61,682 bases of DNA from a bacterium (lineage in GTDB: Bacteria > JAJVIF01 > JAPKYR01), in NCBI GenBank assembly GCA_026394215.1, contig JAPKYR010000193.1, positions 1-61,682 on the forward strand. Direction: 5' to 3'. The translations under genes were made by a program, and so were the position numbers. The notes beneath the pieces are model-generated. The model was not told the DNA's origin and searched no databases. It was given only the letters and a program-made list of their open reading frames with translations. Of this stretch, positions 45,324-56,186 are shown piece after piece. Each line of letters starts with the position of its first letter. The first letter of the stretch is position 1.

Positions 45324-48300
45324 TCAACTCGCCGCGCCGATAAGCTCATCCACTTCGTCCTGCTTCAAATTCTTGAAATCGACGCTGACGACCTGCGACA
45401 CGCCACCGCCACCGCGCATGGTTACGCCATACAGCCTGTCCGCGCGTTCCATCGTGATTTTATTGTGCGTTATCAGAATGAATTGTCGATCAGAGAATTC
45501 TTTACCGAGATAATCGAGAAACTTCTGGGTATTGACATCGTCCAGAGCAGCCTCGACCTCGTCCAGAACCGTAAAACTCGACGGTTTGACTTTCAGTATC
45601 GCGAACAGCAGCGCGAGTGCGATCAGCGAACGTTCGCCGCCGGAAAATTGCAGGAGATCAAGCTCCCCTTTTCCGGGAAACCTGACCCGGACATCGATTC
45701 CGCTGTCGAGAGGATTCTCAGGTTCAGTCAGACCCAACTCGCCTGAACCGCCCGGAAACAACGCCCCGAAAGTCGCGGCGAATTTCTCTTTCGCGACATT
45801 GAACGTCGACACAAACGCCTTCTCGCTTTTTTCCTCGACCTCTTCAAGCGCTTTCCGAAGTTCCACCTCGGCAAGAATAAGGTCGTCGCGCTCTCTCTGA
45901 AGCTCATCCACTCTGGCTCTCGCGTGTTTTTCCTCTTCAATCGCGAGAGGATTCACGCTTCCCAGCGCTTCGAGTTCCTCATTCAGAATCTGCAGCTTCT
46001 CCATCAACTCTTTTTTGCTCGGGATATCCTTCCCGCTCATCTCGCCCGACCGAATCCTCCCGGCGAATTCCGGAAATTCATCGAGTCCCGTCTCAAGAGC
46101 CTGCAATCCGCCCTTCAATTCCGCCAGACGGATTTCCTGGTTATGGACCGCATTCTCCGCATTATCTACAGCCTCCCTCGAGACATCCAGATTCAGTTCG
46201 GCTTCGGACACCAGTTCGACAAGCTTGTCGATTTTTTCCTTCGCTTCATTTTCACGACGTTCGAGTTCGGGTAATTTCACTTCGAGTTCATTGCGAAGTT
46301 TAATCGCGTTATCAAGTTCATCGGACGTTCCCAGCGCCTGATGTCGGACCTCATCGAGATGACGCTTCTTCGCCCCGGTCTGGTCGATGATATTCTTTAT
46401 TTCTCCATCGATCCTTCGGGCTTCCTTCGAAGCGCGTTCCGACTCTTCCCTGTATCTTGCCTCCAGCACAATCGCGCGCTGAAGACGTGAGCGAAGGTCC
46501 TCCACCATTGTCTGAAGGAAGGGAATTTTATTTTCGACGGCCTCAAGCGAATTTTCCGAATCGATCCGCGCGCGCCTCACAGCCTCTATCCCATGCGACG
46601 CCAGCCTCGCACTCTCGACACATCCGTCCCTGTCCCTTCTTATTTCCGCCAGACGTTCGTCAATCTCAAATAAATCAACTTCTATCTGTTCTATTTTCAA
46701 ATTCAACTGCTCGCCGTTGAAAATCGCTGCCCGGATTCTATCTTCGATATCCGCAAGTTCCGATTCCAGTTCTTTCAGATTCGCCTTCAAAGTATCGATT
46801 GTCCCATGAAGGTTTCCGATCCCGGCCTTAATTTCCGCATCCAGATATTTTAATTTATGTATCTCGTGCCCGATCTCCTGTATCCGTGCCCTGCGGGTTA
46901 AAATCCCGCTCGCGGGAGATCCTTCCGATCCCCCTGCAATAATCGCCGGAGGCCGGAAAATCAAACCATCGGACGTTACCAGTACCTTGTTTAAACCGGA
47001 ATCCCTGAATTGGCCTGCATTCTCAACCTTCGATGCTCCGGACAATAAAATCGCAAGCACCGGCTTTAGGTCGTCATCGATTTTTACAAAATTGATCAGA
47101 TCCGATTGTCCATAATCTTTTGCGGTATCCCGAACCATCTCCAAAACAATACACGCTACCGATCCGAACTGACCCGACCGCGTCTCTGCAATAATTTCAA
47201 GAGCATGATCCATCGTGTCCGTAACAAGATATTCAATCGATTCACCAAGGACTTTTTCGAAAATCCTCTCATAGCCCGTATCGACATTTATCAATTCGCC
47301 AAGAGTTCCGCGAAGCCCCGGAAATTTCGCGCGTTTCCCGAGAATCGCGCGAGTCCCTTCTCCGTATCCTTCTCGCGATGCTTCCAACTCCTTGAGAATT
47401 TTAAACTCATTTTCGAGAGCTTTGATTTCCGACTCCGTTTCACGCTGCCTGCCCGTTGCTTTCGATAATTCCCCTTCCTCATCATGAATTTTCTGTACCG
47501 CGACACCTATCGCTTCTTTGCGTTCGGATTTTGCGGTTTTTAAAAGCTCAAGCTCGTCATGCAAGCCCGTCCTCTTTATTTCAAAGCCCGACTTATCATT
47601 TTCCAGTTGCCCTTTTTTACCCGTCAACTCCCTGAACTCCTTATCGAACGCTTCCGCGCGGCGGTTATGAAACTCCGCATCCCGCGCGAACAGCGACCCT
47701 TCGCCCTGAAGACGTTCCACACGTCCGGCGAGACGCTCCCGTTCCCGCTCGTAACACCGCATCTGCCCCCATTTCCGCGACAGATAATTATCGAGGTCCA
47801 GCCGCAGCCTTGCGTTGTCCCTGAATTCATCGCCCGATGTCAGCGCGATATTTTCATGTTCCGACTGGCGTTTCTTAAGTTCCTCGATTCTCCCGTCCCT
47901 TTCATTAAGTTCATTTTCAAGCGTCCCGATCAGTGTCGATAAGTGCTTGTTCGCATCGGTGAGCCTTCGCTCTTCCGCCACCGCGTGATCAAGCTCCCTT
48001 CGACCCTTTTCACTCTCGCGCAATGTTTCCGAATTTTCCGTCCGGGCATTTTCGAGTTCGATCTTCGCCTGCCGGAGATCGACCGACGCCTTCTCCAGCG
48101 CTTTCTTTATGTCCTCAAGTTCTTTTTTCAATTCCTCCAGACGGGATTCGTTCCTGGCGTAATTTCTCTGTGCGAGAAGGTACTCCTGTGCTGCGGACTG
48201 TGCTTCCGCCTCGGTCTTCGCGTCGGTTAATTCGGCGTGTTTTTTCGCGGCTTCAGCCTGGACAGCGAGATTATCGACACGCACAAGCATCTCCCCGATA

Positions 48301-48887
48301 AGGTCGCGAAGCCGCTCCTGATTCCGCGCGGTCTCCTCAAGCTGGCTCAGAATTTTTCTTTTGTTTGCCTTGAAATCGGAAATTCTCGCGAGGTCTTCGA
48401 ATACAAGCCTCCGGTCGCCCGGCACAAGAGACAGAAATCCGTCGATTTCCCCCTGCCCGACGACCGACAGGCTTCCAAGCCCGAATCCCTTCCGCGCCAT
48501 TATCGCCCTGATATCCTTCAGACGCGCGGTTTTTCCATTGAGCGTATAGACGCTCTCCCCCGATTTATAGTACCGCCTTTCGATTTCCCATTCCGTGGGT
48601 TCGCCCTCGATTTCGGTTTCCGTATTGTCTATTTTTATCGCTACCGACGCGAATCCGGCCGAGTCGCCGTTCCCGTTTGCCGGGCGATATATCGCTTCAA
48701 GCCCGGTCTGCGCGCGGATCGACCGTGGCGACGGGTCGCCGAGAATCCACTTGATGGCGTCGACAACATTCGATTTCCCGCTCCCGTTCGGACCTACAAC
48801 ACCGGTCAGCAGTCCATCGAATTTGAAGACCGTTTTATCCCTGAATGACTTGAACCCTTCAAGAGCTATTTCTTTGAGGACTTCCAC
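45324..48887 (-). CDS. smc: chromosome segregation protein SMC
   Basis: N-terminal LEGFKSFRDKT...GPNGSGKSNVVDAIKWILG, long coiled coils, a hinge, and C-terminal LSGGERSLIALALLFAI...VLDEVEAALD. Confidence 0.9.
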   Translation of the reverse strand: MEVLKEIALEGFKSFRDKTVFKFDGLLTGVVGPNGSGKSNVVDAIKWILGDPSPRSIRAQTGLEAIYRPANGNGDSAGFASVAIKIDNTETEIEGEPTEWEIERRYYKSGESVYTLNGKTARLKDIRAIMARKGFGLGSLSVVGQGEIDGFLSLVPGDRRLVFEDLARISDFKANKRKILSQLEETARNQERLRDLIGEMLVRVDNLAVQAEAAKKHAELTDAKTEAEAQSAAQEYLLAQRNYARNESRLEELKKELEDIKKALEKASVDLRQAKIELENARTENSETLRESEKGRRELDHAVAEERRLTDANKHLSTLIGTLENELNERDGRIEELKKRQSEHENIALTSGDEFRDNARLRLDLDNYLSRKWGQMRCYERERERLAGRVERLQGEGSLFARDAEFHNRRAEAFDKEFRELTGKKGQLENDKSGFEIKRTGLHDELELLKTAKSERKEAIGVAVQKIHDEEGELSKATGRQRETESEIKALENEFKILKELEASREGYGEGTRAILGKRAKFPGLRGTLGELINVDTGYERIFEKVLGESIEYLVTDTMDHALEIIAETRSGQFGSVACIVLEMVRDTAKDYGQSDLINFVKIDDDLKPVLAILLSGASKVENAGQFRDSGLNKVLVTSDGLIFRPPAIIAGGSEGSPASGILTRRARIQEIGHEIHKLKYLDAEIKAGIGNLHGTIDTLKANLKELESELADIEDRIRAAIFNGEQLNLKIEQIEVDLFEIDERLAEIRRDRDGCVESARLASHGIEAVRRARIDSENSLEAVENKIPFLQTMVEDLRSRLQRAIVLEARYREESERASKEARRIDGEIKNIIDQTGAKKRHLDEVRHQALGTSDELDNAIKLRNELEVKLPELERRENEAKEKIDKLVELVSEAELNLDVSREAVDNAENAVHNQEIRLAELKGGLQALETGLDEFPEFAGRIRSGEMSGKDIPSKKELMEKLQILNEELEALGSVNPLAIEEEKHARARVDELQRERDDLILAEVELRKALEEVEEKSEKAFVSTFNVAKEKFAATFGALFPGGSGELGLTEPENPLDSGIDVRVRFPGKGELDLLQFSGGERSLIALALLFAILKVKPSSFTVLDEVEAALDDVNTQKFLDYLGKEFSDRQFILITHNKITMERADRLYGVTMRGGGGVSQVVSVDFKNLKQDEVDELIGAAS

Positions 48888-48994
48888 AGATCACCCTTTT
48901 TCCTTAATAAAAAATAATTTCAGGACTACATGTCAGGACTATTTTACGAATTATATATTGTAGCCATACCCGGCATGGTTTCAAGGAATTTGCA

Positions 48995-49705
48995 CTACCT
49001 CTTCCTTTTTACCGGCTTTTTCTTCTGTTTGATGATTTCGGCCTCGTACGCCGCTTTCGCGGCTTCCTGCTCGGCTCGTTTTTTGCTGCTTCCCGACCCT
49101 TCGCCAAGCTTCCGACGATTGTACCGGACTTCAACAGTGAACGTTTTCAAATGGTCGGGACCTTCTTCGCTGACAATCCTGTACTCCGGAATATCCTTGC
49201 ACATTTCCTGCCAGAGTTCCTGCAGACGCGATTTGTAATCCGACGGTCCTTTCATATCCGACAGATTCAGGCAAGAATCCTTCAACGTACTCATAATAAA
49301 TTTGCGCGCCTGAATATATCCACGGTCGGCGAAAATCGCCCCCACCAGCGCTTCAAAACAATCGGCAAGTATCGAAAATTCCGCGCTCTCGCCCTCGCGG
49401 ATTCGTACGGTGTCCGCCCTCAGAAATTTATCAAGCCCAAGATCGACGGCTTTTGAGCCGAGAGATTCCTGGCTGACAACCATCGCCTTGATTCTCGACA
49501 TGCCCCCTTCTTCCTTGTCCTTGAAATGCTGATACAGGAAATCGCTTATCACCATCCCGATCACACTGTCGCCGAGGAATTCAAGGCGTTCGTACGATTC
49601 GGACGGTCTCTCCGCGGCGGATAAATGGGTCAGCGCTTTTCGGTAAATCGAAAGGTCTTTCGGCTCGATGCCGATTTTTTTCAGGAATGTTTCTAATCGC
49701 GGCAT
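48995..49705 (-). CDS. rnc: ribonuclease III
   Basis: RNase III signature ERLEFLGDSV, plus a C-terminal dsRBD and a basic tail. Confidence 0.9.
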   Translation of the reverse strand: MPRLETFLKKIGIEPKDLSIYRKALTHLSAAERPSESYERLEFLGDSVIGMVISDFLYQHFKDKEEGGMSRIKAMVVSQESLGSKAVDLGLDKFLRADTVRIREGESAEFSILADCFEALVGAIFADRGYIQARKFIMSTLKDSCLNLSDMKGPSDYKSRLQELWQEMCKDIPEYRIVSEEGPDHLKTFTVEVRYNRRKLGEGSGSSKKRAEQEAAKAAYEAEIIKQKKKPVKRKR

Positions 49706-49762
49706 AACTATGGGGGATTATAATAAAAAAATCGTGACTTAGCATTTTGATTTCGAATATTT

Positions 49763-51568
49763 CTACCCCCCCTCCTCCACACCCCTGTCGAGCGGATGCC
49801 TCGCGTACCGATCGAACAGACGCCAACTCCAGACCTGAAACAGCATCCCGATCAGTACAAGCGCCGGGATCGAAATATATAGCGCAATCACATTCGGGTT
49901 ACTGATTTGTGCCGCAACCTGAAAGCCCTGTTTCAGAAAATACCAGGAAAAATATCCTGCCGTGAAAATCCAGACAGATAATAGCGATCCCGTAATGCCC
50001 CTCCTCGCAATCAGCCATGATATCCCAGACGCAAGACTCAATCCTGTAAAGTGAAGTATGTGAATCAAAATCACGTAGTAAATATTCAGAAAGAAATCCT
50101 CTGGATAAAAAAGGCTGATAATTACTACATAAATCGAAAATGGCAGCATCGGGATCATCCTGTGCGTTAATAGTACGCCGAATGTCCCTGAAATAAGGCT
50201 CCTGCCCTCAATCGGGGTTATAATCACGGATTCCCACGCCATCGACTCCCTGTGATACCTTGCCAGACGAATGTACGCATCGAACGGGGATACGATCGAG
50301 ATTACAAAACCTGTCACAAGCAACGCATATAAAATTCCGCCCTTTATTCCCATCAATAACAAAGTAATTGCCGCAAGGATCGGGTTAAACATCCCAAAAA
50401 TCACAAATAGGATAAACCCCGCGACAATCCTCGATTTCAGCGTGCTCGACGGTTCATAGTACCCCTCCAGAAATCCTCTGAATCGCGCGGTGTGGCGAGT
50501 GTATATCGGACTTTCTTTTATAAACTCCGGAAGGCAATCGATGAAAAACAACATCGTCCGCTTTCCGAAAAAAATTATCGCGATGATAAAATTGAACAAC
50601 TTGTCAGTTGAGCTTGGTTTATAGTCCTTACTTCCGACCGGGATATAGATTTCGATAGAGGTTTTCGGGACACGATCCGCGCGGACAAATTCCGGCGTGT
50701 ACCATGGCTCTTTTTCCTTCCTGTATTCGCGTAACGTTTTTTCCGTCAGACGTCCAAGTGGGATCAACCCCGTGCGCATTTTCTGGATTTCGGTTGTACC
50801 TTTTCTGACTATCAACACCGCCGTGATAACCACCGCAACGAACGACATCACCCATGTCGGAACCTGGGGAAACGTGATCGACGTCGGCAAAAAGGCAGAA
50901 AACCATGTCGACGCATAGGCGGTGTGCATCCAAATGACAAGGCGATTTATAACCCATATCAAGAAATAGAAAATCCCGTTAAAAATACCGCCGATCGGGT
51001 ATACGAACATCCAGAACAACAGCGCTTCCCATCGCCGTGTAAATCCGGCAAGGAAAAATACGCTGACCGAATAGATAAAAAATCCCATCAGGACATTCTG
51101 GATAAACCCGATATAGCCGCCCAGAGTCCCGACTATCACCACAACAAGCGGAATTAAAAGTAATGCGAATGGCGTAAGCCCGATCGTGAAAAGTATCGCG
51201 AATTTTCCGAAGAACATATCCCTTGACGATAGCGGGGAGACAAGAATTATCGAGTTCGCGCGCCAGTCGTTGCGGAAATACATATCGCTTGCGGTCGCTG
51301 TGACGAACGGGATCATGAAACACGCGACATAAAACCAGGTAATAAATGAATAAATAATCGTATATGGAGATGAAAAATAATCCGGAAGCTCCGCGAGCAT
51401 CGACAATCCGGACGATTTCCATACCGGAGGCAGCCCGCATAAAATCAGCGGAATTGAAAGCGCTATTACCGAAACGAAAAATGTCGCAAGACTCAGAAGC
51501 CCGGCTTTTTCTGTCGTGCGCCTTAGCCCCAGAAGGAAAAATGGATATAGCCCCGCCAGTAATCCCAT
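49763..51568 (-). CDS. polytopic membrane protein, hypothetical
   Basis: 601 aa with more than 12 hydrophobic segments. The start overlaps the sirtuin stop by 1 nt (TGATG). I recognised no family. Confidence 0.55.
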   Translation of the reverse strand: MGLLAGLYPFFLLGLRRTTEKAGLLSLATFFVSVIALSIPLILCGLPPVWKSSGLSMLAELPDYFSSPYTIIYSFITWFYVACFMIPFVTATASDMYFRNDWRANSIILVSPLSSRDMFFGKFAILFTIGLTPFALLLIPLVVVIVGTLGGYIGFIQNVLMGFFIYSVSVFFLAGFTRRWEALLFWMFVYPIGGIFNGIFYFLIWVINRLVIWMHTAYASTWFSAFLPTSITFPQVPTWVMSFVAVVITAVLIVRKGTTEIQKMRTGLIPLGRLTEKTLREYRKEKEPWYTPEFVRADRVPKTSIEIYIPVGSKDYKPSSTDKLFNFIIAIIFFGKRTMLFFIDCLPEFIKESPIYTRHTARFRGFLEGYYEPSSTLKSRIVAGFILFVIFGMFNPILAAITLLLMGIKGGILYALLVTGFVISIVSPFDAYIRLARYHRESMAWESVIITPIEGRSLISGTFGVLLTHRMIPMLPFSIYVVIISLFYPEDFFLNIYYVILIHILHFTGLSLASGISWLIARRGITGSLLSVWIFTAGYFSWYFLKQGFQVAAQISNPNVIALYISIPALVLIGMLFQVWSWRLFDRYARHPLDRGVEEGG

Positions 51569-52368
51569 CAGAACTTGAATTCCCCGCCGGTGTGTTTTTC
51601 GAGAAATTTCGGAAGCGTCTCCCCCGACGGTCCGAGTACAGTCTCATCGTTAAAATCGCTCAACAGAGTCTCCTCGATATTGAATTCGATAACCGGCACT
51701 CCAAGCGCCTTCGCTATTTGCGCGAATCCCGCCGCCGGATACACTGTCCCGCTTGTCCCGATCACAAAAAACAGGTCGGACTCCCTTGTGCGCGTTTCAG
51801 CTTCAATCATAAGTGACGGATTAAGCATTTCCTGAAAGAAGACGACATCGGGGCGCATCCACGATCCGCAGATGTCGCATTTCAGATTTTCTTTCGCGAT
51901 CGGTACGTCGGTGTTACGCTGCGATTCCTTTTTACATCTGGCGTTAGAGCATTTGATTTTCCAGAGCGAGCCATGAATCTCGATCAACTTTGTACTTCCG
52001 GCGCGCTGCTGAAGCCCGTCGATATTCTGCGTGACGATAAAAATATCGTACCCGTCTTGCTCAAGTTTCGCGAGCGCTTCATGTCCGGGATTCGGTTTGC
52101 ACATGCCCATATTTTTCCGACGCTCGTGGTAAAATTCCCAGCCGCGTTCCGGGTTGGATAGAAAACCGGTCGAGGTCGCGATTTCCTGCACCTCGATCTC
52201 GTTCCACAGTCCGCCCGACCCACGGTATGTCGGAACACCGCTTTCCGCCGATATTCCCGCCCCGCATAGTGCGGTAATTCTCGTATTTTTCGTGATCTTG
52301 AACGGCCAGTCATTCATAGGTTCGGTGTTGTAGAAATGCGCAAGGCCATCCGTACCCCAGACATTCAT
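51568..52368 (-). CDS. cobB: NAD-dependent protein deacylase (Sir2/CobB family)
   Basis: GAGISAESGVPTYRG, TQNIDGL, catalytic IEIHGS, and the Zn ribbon CSNARC...CDICG. Confidence 0.85.
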   Translation of the reverse strand: MNVWGTDGLAHFYNTEPMNDWPFKITKNTRITALCGAGISAESGVPTYRGSGGLWNEIEVQEIATSTGFLSNPERGWEFYHERRKNMGMCKPNPGHEALAKLEQDGYDIFIVTQNIDGLQQRAGSTKLIEIHGSLWKIKCSNARCKKESQRNTDVPIAKENLKCDICGSWMRPDVVFFQEMLNPSLMIEAETRTRESDLFFVIGTSGTVYPAAGFAQIAKALGVPVIEFNIEETLLSDFNDETVLGPSGETLPKFLEKHTGGEFKF

Positions 52369-53486
52369 ATTGTTAACCTCTCAACTTTCAGTACCGTCCC
52401 CGCGCCGAGGACTTCATCGCCATTATAAAATACCGACGCCTGCCCGGGAGTGATCGACCGCACGGGCATTTCCAATTCGACATTGCCCGTTCCGTCGCCG
52501 GTCAATTTTATAGTTCCCCTGACCGGCTTTGTCCTGTATCTCACCTGGATTCCGATAGTGCTATCCAGCCTGTGAATATCGCGATCATATTTTACGAGCG
52601 ACACATCATCCACATTGAATCGCGACGCGTAGCATTCCTTTTCTGTCCCAATAATAACCCGATTCCGAGCTGCATCGATATCTACAACGAACATTTTTTC
52701 AATCATTCCGCCCGGAATTCCTTTCCTCTGCCCGATTGTGAAATTCCCGATCCCGCCGTGAGTCCCGACAATTTCGCCGTCGGTCGTTACAATCTCCCCA
52801 TTCTCGCCAGTTCTCAATTTTTCAAGCGAATTTTCCCCTGTCGCGAAGAAGCATAAATCCTGGCTTTCCGTACGATTATGCACCTTCAGCCCGATTTCCC
52901 TTGCCTCGATTCTGATCGCTTCCTTCGTATCATTTCCGTTGGGAAAAATAATCCTCGCAAGTTCCTTCTCAGTCAGAAACGCGAGGAAATACGACTGGTC
53001 CTTGCCCGGATCGATTCCACGGAGCAGATGAAATCCGGTCTCATCGTTCGAAATCCGTGCATAATGCCCGGTCGCGATATATTTACATTCTAACTGATCC
53101 GCGCGATTGAGGAGGACATCGAATTTCATATAGCGGTTGCAGAGGATGCACGGATTCGGCGTCCGTCCCCGCGAATATTCGAGCCTCGACGGTTCGATCA
53201 CTTTTTCGTTGAACACTTCCGCAAGGTTCGTCATGTAGTGCGGAATCCCCAGATGCGCGGCGACACGTCTCGCATCCTCCGACGCTTGTAACGAGCAGCA
53301 CGCTTTGTCATCGGTGGCCTGTGCGCCGGAAACTGGCCGATTCCCATCCGACACAAGGTGCATCGTCACCCCGACAACGTCGAATCCGGCTCTAACAAGC
53401 CTGTACGCGGCGACGGACGAATCGACCCCGCCGCTCATCGCGACGAGGATTCTGGAGCCGGAAGGGATATTATTGTAAGGAACCAT
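52365..53486 (-). CDS. mnmA: tRNA 2-thiouridine(34) synthase
   Basis: PP-loop VAMSGGVDSSVAA, the CC...D catalytic region (DDKACCSLQASEDA), and conserved DQSYFL. Confidence 0.9.
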   Translation of the reverse strand: MVPYNNIPSGSRILVAMSGGVDSSVAAYRLVRAGFDVVGVTMHLVSDGNRPVSGAQATDDKACCSLQASEDARRVAAHLGIPHYMTNLAEVFNEKVIEPSRLEYSRGRTPNPCILCNRYMKFDVLLNRADQLECKYIATGHYARISNDETGFHLLRGIDPGKDQSYFLAFLTEKELARIIFPNGNDTKEAIRIEAREIGLKVHNRTESQDLCFFATGENSLEKLRTGENGEIVTTDGEIVGTHGGIGNFTIGQRKGIPGGMIEKMFVVDIDAARNRVIIGTEKECYASRFNVDDVSLVKYDRDIHRLDSTIGIQVRYRTKPVRGTIKLTGDGTGNVELEMPVRSITPGQASVFYNGDEVLGAGTVLKVERLTI

Positions 53487-53487
53487 A

Positions 53488-54822
53488 TCAATATCGCTGG
53501 ATGTCCGCTCCTTCCTTCAAATCCTGCATATAAAACCACACCGCGCCATCGGGCTCCAGACCGTGATTCGTCTGATATACCTTATACTCGCCGTACGCAA
53601 CCCGAAGTCTTCCATCTCCCTCCCTAATGATACTCGTCGTGAGCATCGTCGACGCCCCCAGCGCCAGAAGCAGCATGAACACAATTCTCATCGGGATGTT
53701 GTATTTCACAAGTTGCGCAAGCCATCCATACAATGCGATAATGCTGAACGCCGCGAGCCATGAGACCACCGGATAGTATGAGATAAAATACCGTCCCGAA
53801 TAAACATGCCCCGTGTAAAACGTATTGAATGCCACAATCCAGAAAAAGATAAATGGAATCGGTCTCCGATCAATAATAAACCGATAAACAAATCCTGCGA
53901 ACGCGAATACGAACAGGAACGGTCCCATCCCCCACCAATTCAGTGTCAGAGATCGCGGATAATCCGGCAGATGCGGACCCACATGCGCAATCTCAAAAAT
54001 CGACAACCTCAAAATCCCGAACCAGACGATAATCAGAACCAGAGCGGTGATCCCGTACAGAATCAACGCCCGTCGAAGGCCCCTTTTATCGACAAACAAC
54101 GCATAACATATCGGAACCAGCATCCCCAGCACCATATCGACCCGAACCATAATCGCCCACGCGAACATCACCCCCGACGCGATAAGCCACCATCGCCCGC
54201 CCTTCACACGATAGCTCATCACCATGAGAAAAACAGCAAGCATGAAAAAAAACAACGCGGGAACAACGGGATTCGAGTATTCCCCCGTGATCCACATCAT
54301 CGGACTGATCGAGAGCAATGTCGAACTGACCAGCGCGACCCGTCCACCCCAGATCATGTACGCAATCGCGACGTTCAGGATCAATATCCCGATCATGAAC
54401 CACGCATTCGATGACGCCATAAAATGCTGAATCCCCGCAACCTCCACATTGAATATTTTCGCCAGCAGCTCCATCAGCCAGTAATACCCGACATGTTTTG
54501 AAAACTGGTAGAAAAGTCCTTCCGAATACGGCACTCCGCGAAGCCTCTCAGCGATCCCGAACGCGAATTTCGCGGCGTCGGGATCGTTGAAATTCGGGCA
54601 GATATAAAAAAGCCTTGAATAAACCACCCAGGCCGCAAGAATTACGCCCCACATCCACATCAACCCTTTCCCAATCAACCTTTTACCGCCGTGATCTTTC
54701 GGCTCCGGCCACGACGGGCCCCTGACCGGCTCGCGAACGTCCTTTCCGATCGATGGATGATTCTCAGGAATCCCCCTGGGTAGAGATTTTTTCGATGTCC
54801 CTTCCGGATTATTCACAACCAC
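53488..54822 (-). CDS. polytopic membrane protein, possibly a GT-C-type glycosyltransferase (ArnT/PMT-like), hypothetical
   Basis: 444 aa with about 11 TM segments. The first extracytoplasmic loop carries the acidic motif NFNDPDAAKF, as in GT-C enzymes. This is a weak call. Confidence 0.4.
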   Translation of the reverse strand: MVVNNPEGTSKKSLPRGIPENHPSIGKDVREPVRGPSWPEPKDHGGKRLIGKGLMWMWGVILAAWVVYSRLFYICPNFNDPDAAKFAFGIAERLRGVPYSEGLFYQFSKHVGYYWLMELLAKIFNVEVAGIQHFMASSNAWFMIGILILNVAIAYMIWGGRVALVSSTLLSISPMMWITGEYSNPVVPALFFFMLAVFLMVMSYRVKGGRWWLIASGVMFAWAIMVRVDMVLGMLVPICYALFVDKRGLRRALILYGITALVLIIVWFGILRLSIFEIAHVGPHLPDYPRSLTLNWWGMGPFLFVFAFAGFVYRFIIDRRPIPFIFFWIVAFNTFYTGHVYSGRYFISYYPVVSWLAAFSIIALYGWLAQLVKYNIPMRIVFMLLLALGASTMLTTSIIREGDGRLRVAYGEYKVYQTNHGLEPDGAVWFYMQDLKEGADIQRY

Positions 54823-54866
54823 AGGATTATAGCAGGATTAGATACTTCGTAACATTCGCTATTTCC

Positions 54867-54939
54867 GGGGACACCTTTTTTTGCCTGGCGAGATGTGAGA
54901 ATTTGTCATGTATATATCAGGCAAAAATAAGGTGTCCCC
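54867..54939. repeat. palindrome, variant of the GGGGAC family
   Basis: GGGGACACCTTTTTTTGCCTG ... CAGGCAAAAATAAGGTGTCCCC. It shares the GGGGAC and TTTTGCCTG ends with copy 1. Confidence 0.55.
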
Positions 54940-54972
54940 TTCCCCGGTCGCTAAAAATGGGGTACATCTAGC

Positions 54973-55842
54973 TTATGGCTCGTCCTCGATTCTATTCGCC
55001 ACGACGACCATCATATCCGGTTCCTTAAGCTCGGTCTCGCCGGTCAGCGAGTCACATTCCGCGATTATTTTCAACCCGCACTCATCGAGGAGTACGCCGA
55101 TATTCTGCGACGTATAGCCCTGGTAGCACAGGCTGTATTCTCTGATTCGGGTGTTTTCGAGATCGATTACAAAATGGAATTCCACCGCGGAATTATTCGG
55201 TTCATCGAAAATGAATTCCCGCAATGCAAGATACGGATGTTCGCCGAAAAGGCCTTTGTCCGACACCGTATGCCAGGTACGGCCTGCATTTTTCCTGTAG
55301 TAACCGATCGAGTTAAGTTCGAGAATAATCACGCCTCCCTGATTAAGCGATTCCCTGACATAAGTCATGATTTTCACCAGGTCATCCCTTATGAAGCTGT
55401 TCGGGATCCCGTAATTGAAAATCACTGCATCGTATCCCGCGCCATATCCGGTAGTCCTCAGATCGCGCTGGCTGTAAGTCGCCGGGAGCGCTTCATTGCT
55501 TGCTGTATGGCGCGCGTACTCGATCGCCGCCGGCGCGACATCGAAACCTTTCGCCGTGTATCCCCTTCTCGCAAGTTCATTCGCGATCAGCCCCGGTCCG
55601 CACGCGAGATCGAGCACCACCTTCGCCTTGCCCGGTTTAAGCCATGTCTCATCGATCCAGTCGATCTGTGCCCTCAAAACTTCGGGCGATCTGCTCGCGA
55701 GATTATGTGTCGGATCGAGATGCTCCGAAAGCATCCGTTTCGAAAATTCCGTATCGTGCCACGGGAAGTTGTACTTGACATCCACCCACGGGACAGGAGA
55801 CAGATTTCGATTCGCGAGTTCAGGGAGGTTTATAATCGGCAT
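54973..55842 (-). CDS. class I SAM-dependent methyltransferase
   Basis: Motif I VLDLACGPGLIANELARRG and an acidic post-I residue (GFDVAPAAI). 289 aa. Confidence 0.75.
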   Translation of the reverse strand: MPIINLPELANRNLSPVPWVDVKYNFPWHDTEFSKRMLSEHLDPTHNLASRSPEVLRAQIDWIDETWLKPGKAKVVLDLACGPGLIANELARRGYTAKGFDVAPAAIEYARHTASNEALPATYSQRDLRTTGYGAGYDAVIFNYGIPNSFIRDDLVKIMTYVRESLNQGGVIILELNSIGYYRKNAGRTWHTVSDKGLFGEHPYLALREFIFDEPNNSAVEFHFVIDLENTRIREYSLCYQGYTSQNIGVLLDECGLKIIAECDSLTGETELKEPDMMVVVANRIEDEP

Positions 55843-55969
55843 CGAGGTCGGTGTCCTTATAAAGTTCTATGTAAGAGTGTTCTACTGTAATTGTAACAGC
55901 CCTGAAAAAATAATCAACGTGTCGGATGCGTCGTGTGCATCCGCGATTTGATACTGATGTGTAAAGTGC

Positions 55970-56052
55970 GGAGACTGGCACACTGATTTTACCGTTAAAC
56001 AAAACTCCACTCTCCTCATAATTTCGCACGGCAAAATCGAGTGCCTGTTCCC
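55970..56052. repeat. REPIN-like palindrome, copy 4 (flipped orientation)
   Basis: GGAGACTGGCACACTGATTTTACCG ... CGGCAAAATCGAGTGCCTGTTCCC. Confidence 0.6.
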
Positions 56053-56186
56053 GTTACTTCAGAATTCATTGCCCAAATTACCCCTGGGAACAAGCCCTTC
56101 CTTTGCAGGTAAGCCAATAACATTGTATTATTAGTAATGAAATTAAAAGGCGGGGATAGTTTGGGTATTCTGGAAGGTAACTGAAT

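Noticed and set aside
51568-52368. The Sir2-domain gene as an anti-phage (Thoeris/DSR-like) effector
   Set aside because: It is a compact canonical sirtuin with the Zn ribbon and catalytic His. It is translationally coupled to mnmA in a housekeeping operon and has no defence-type partner domains.
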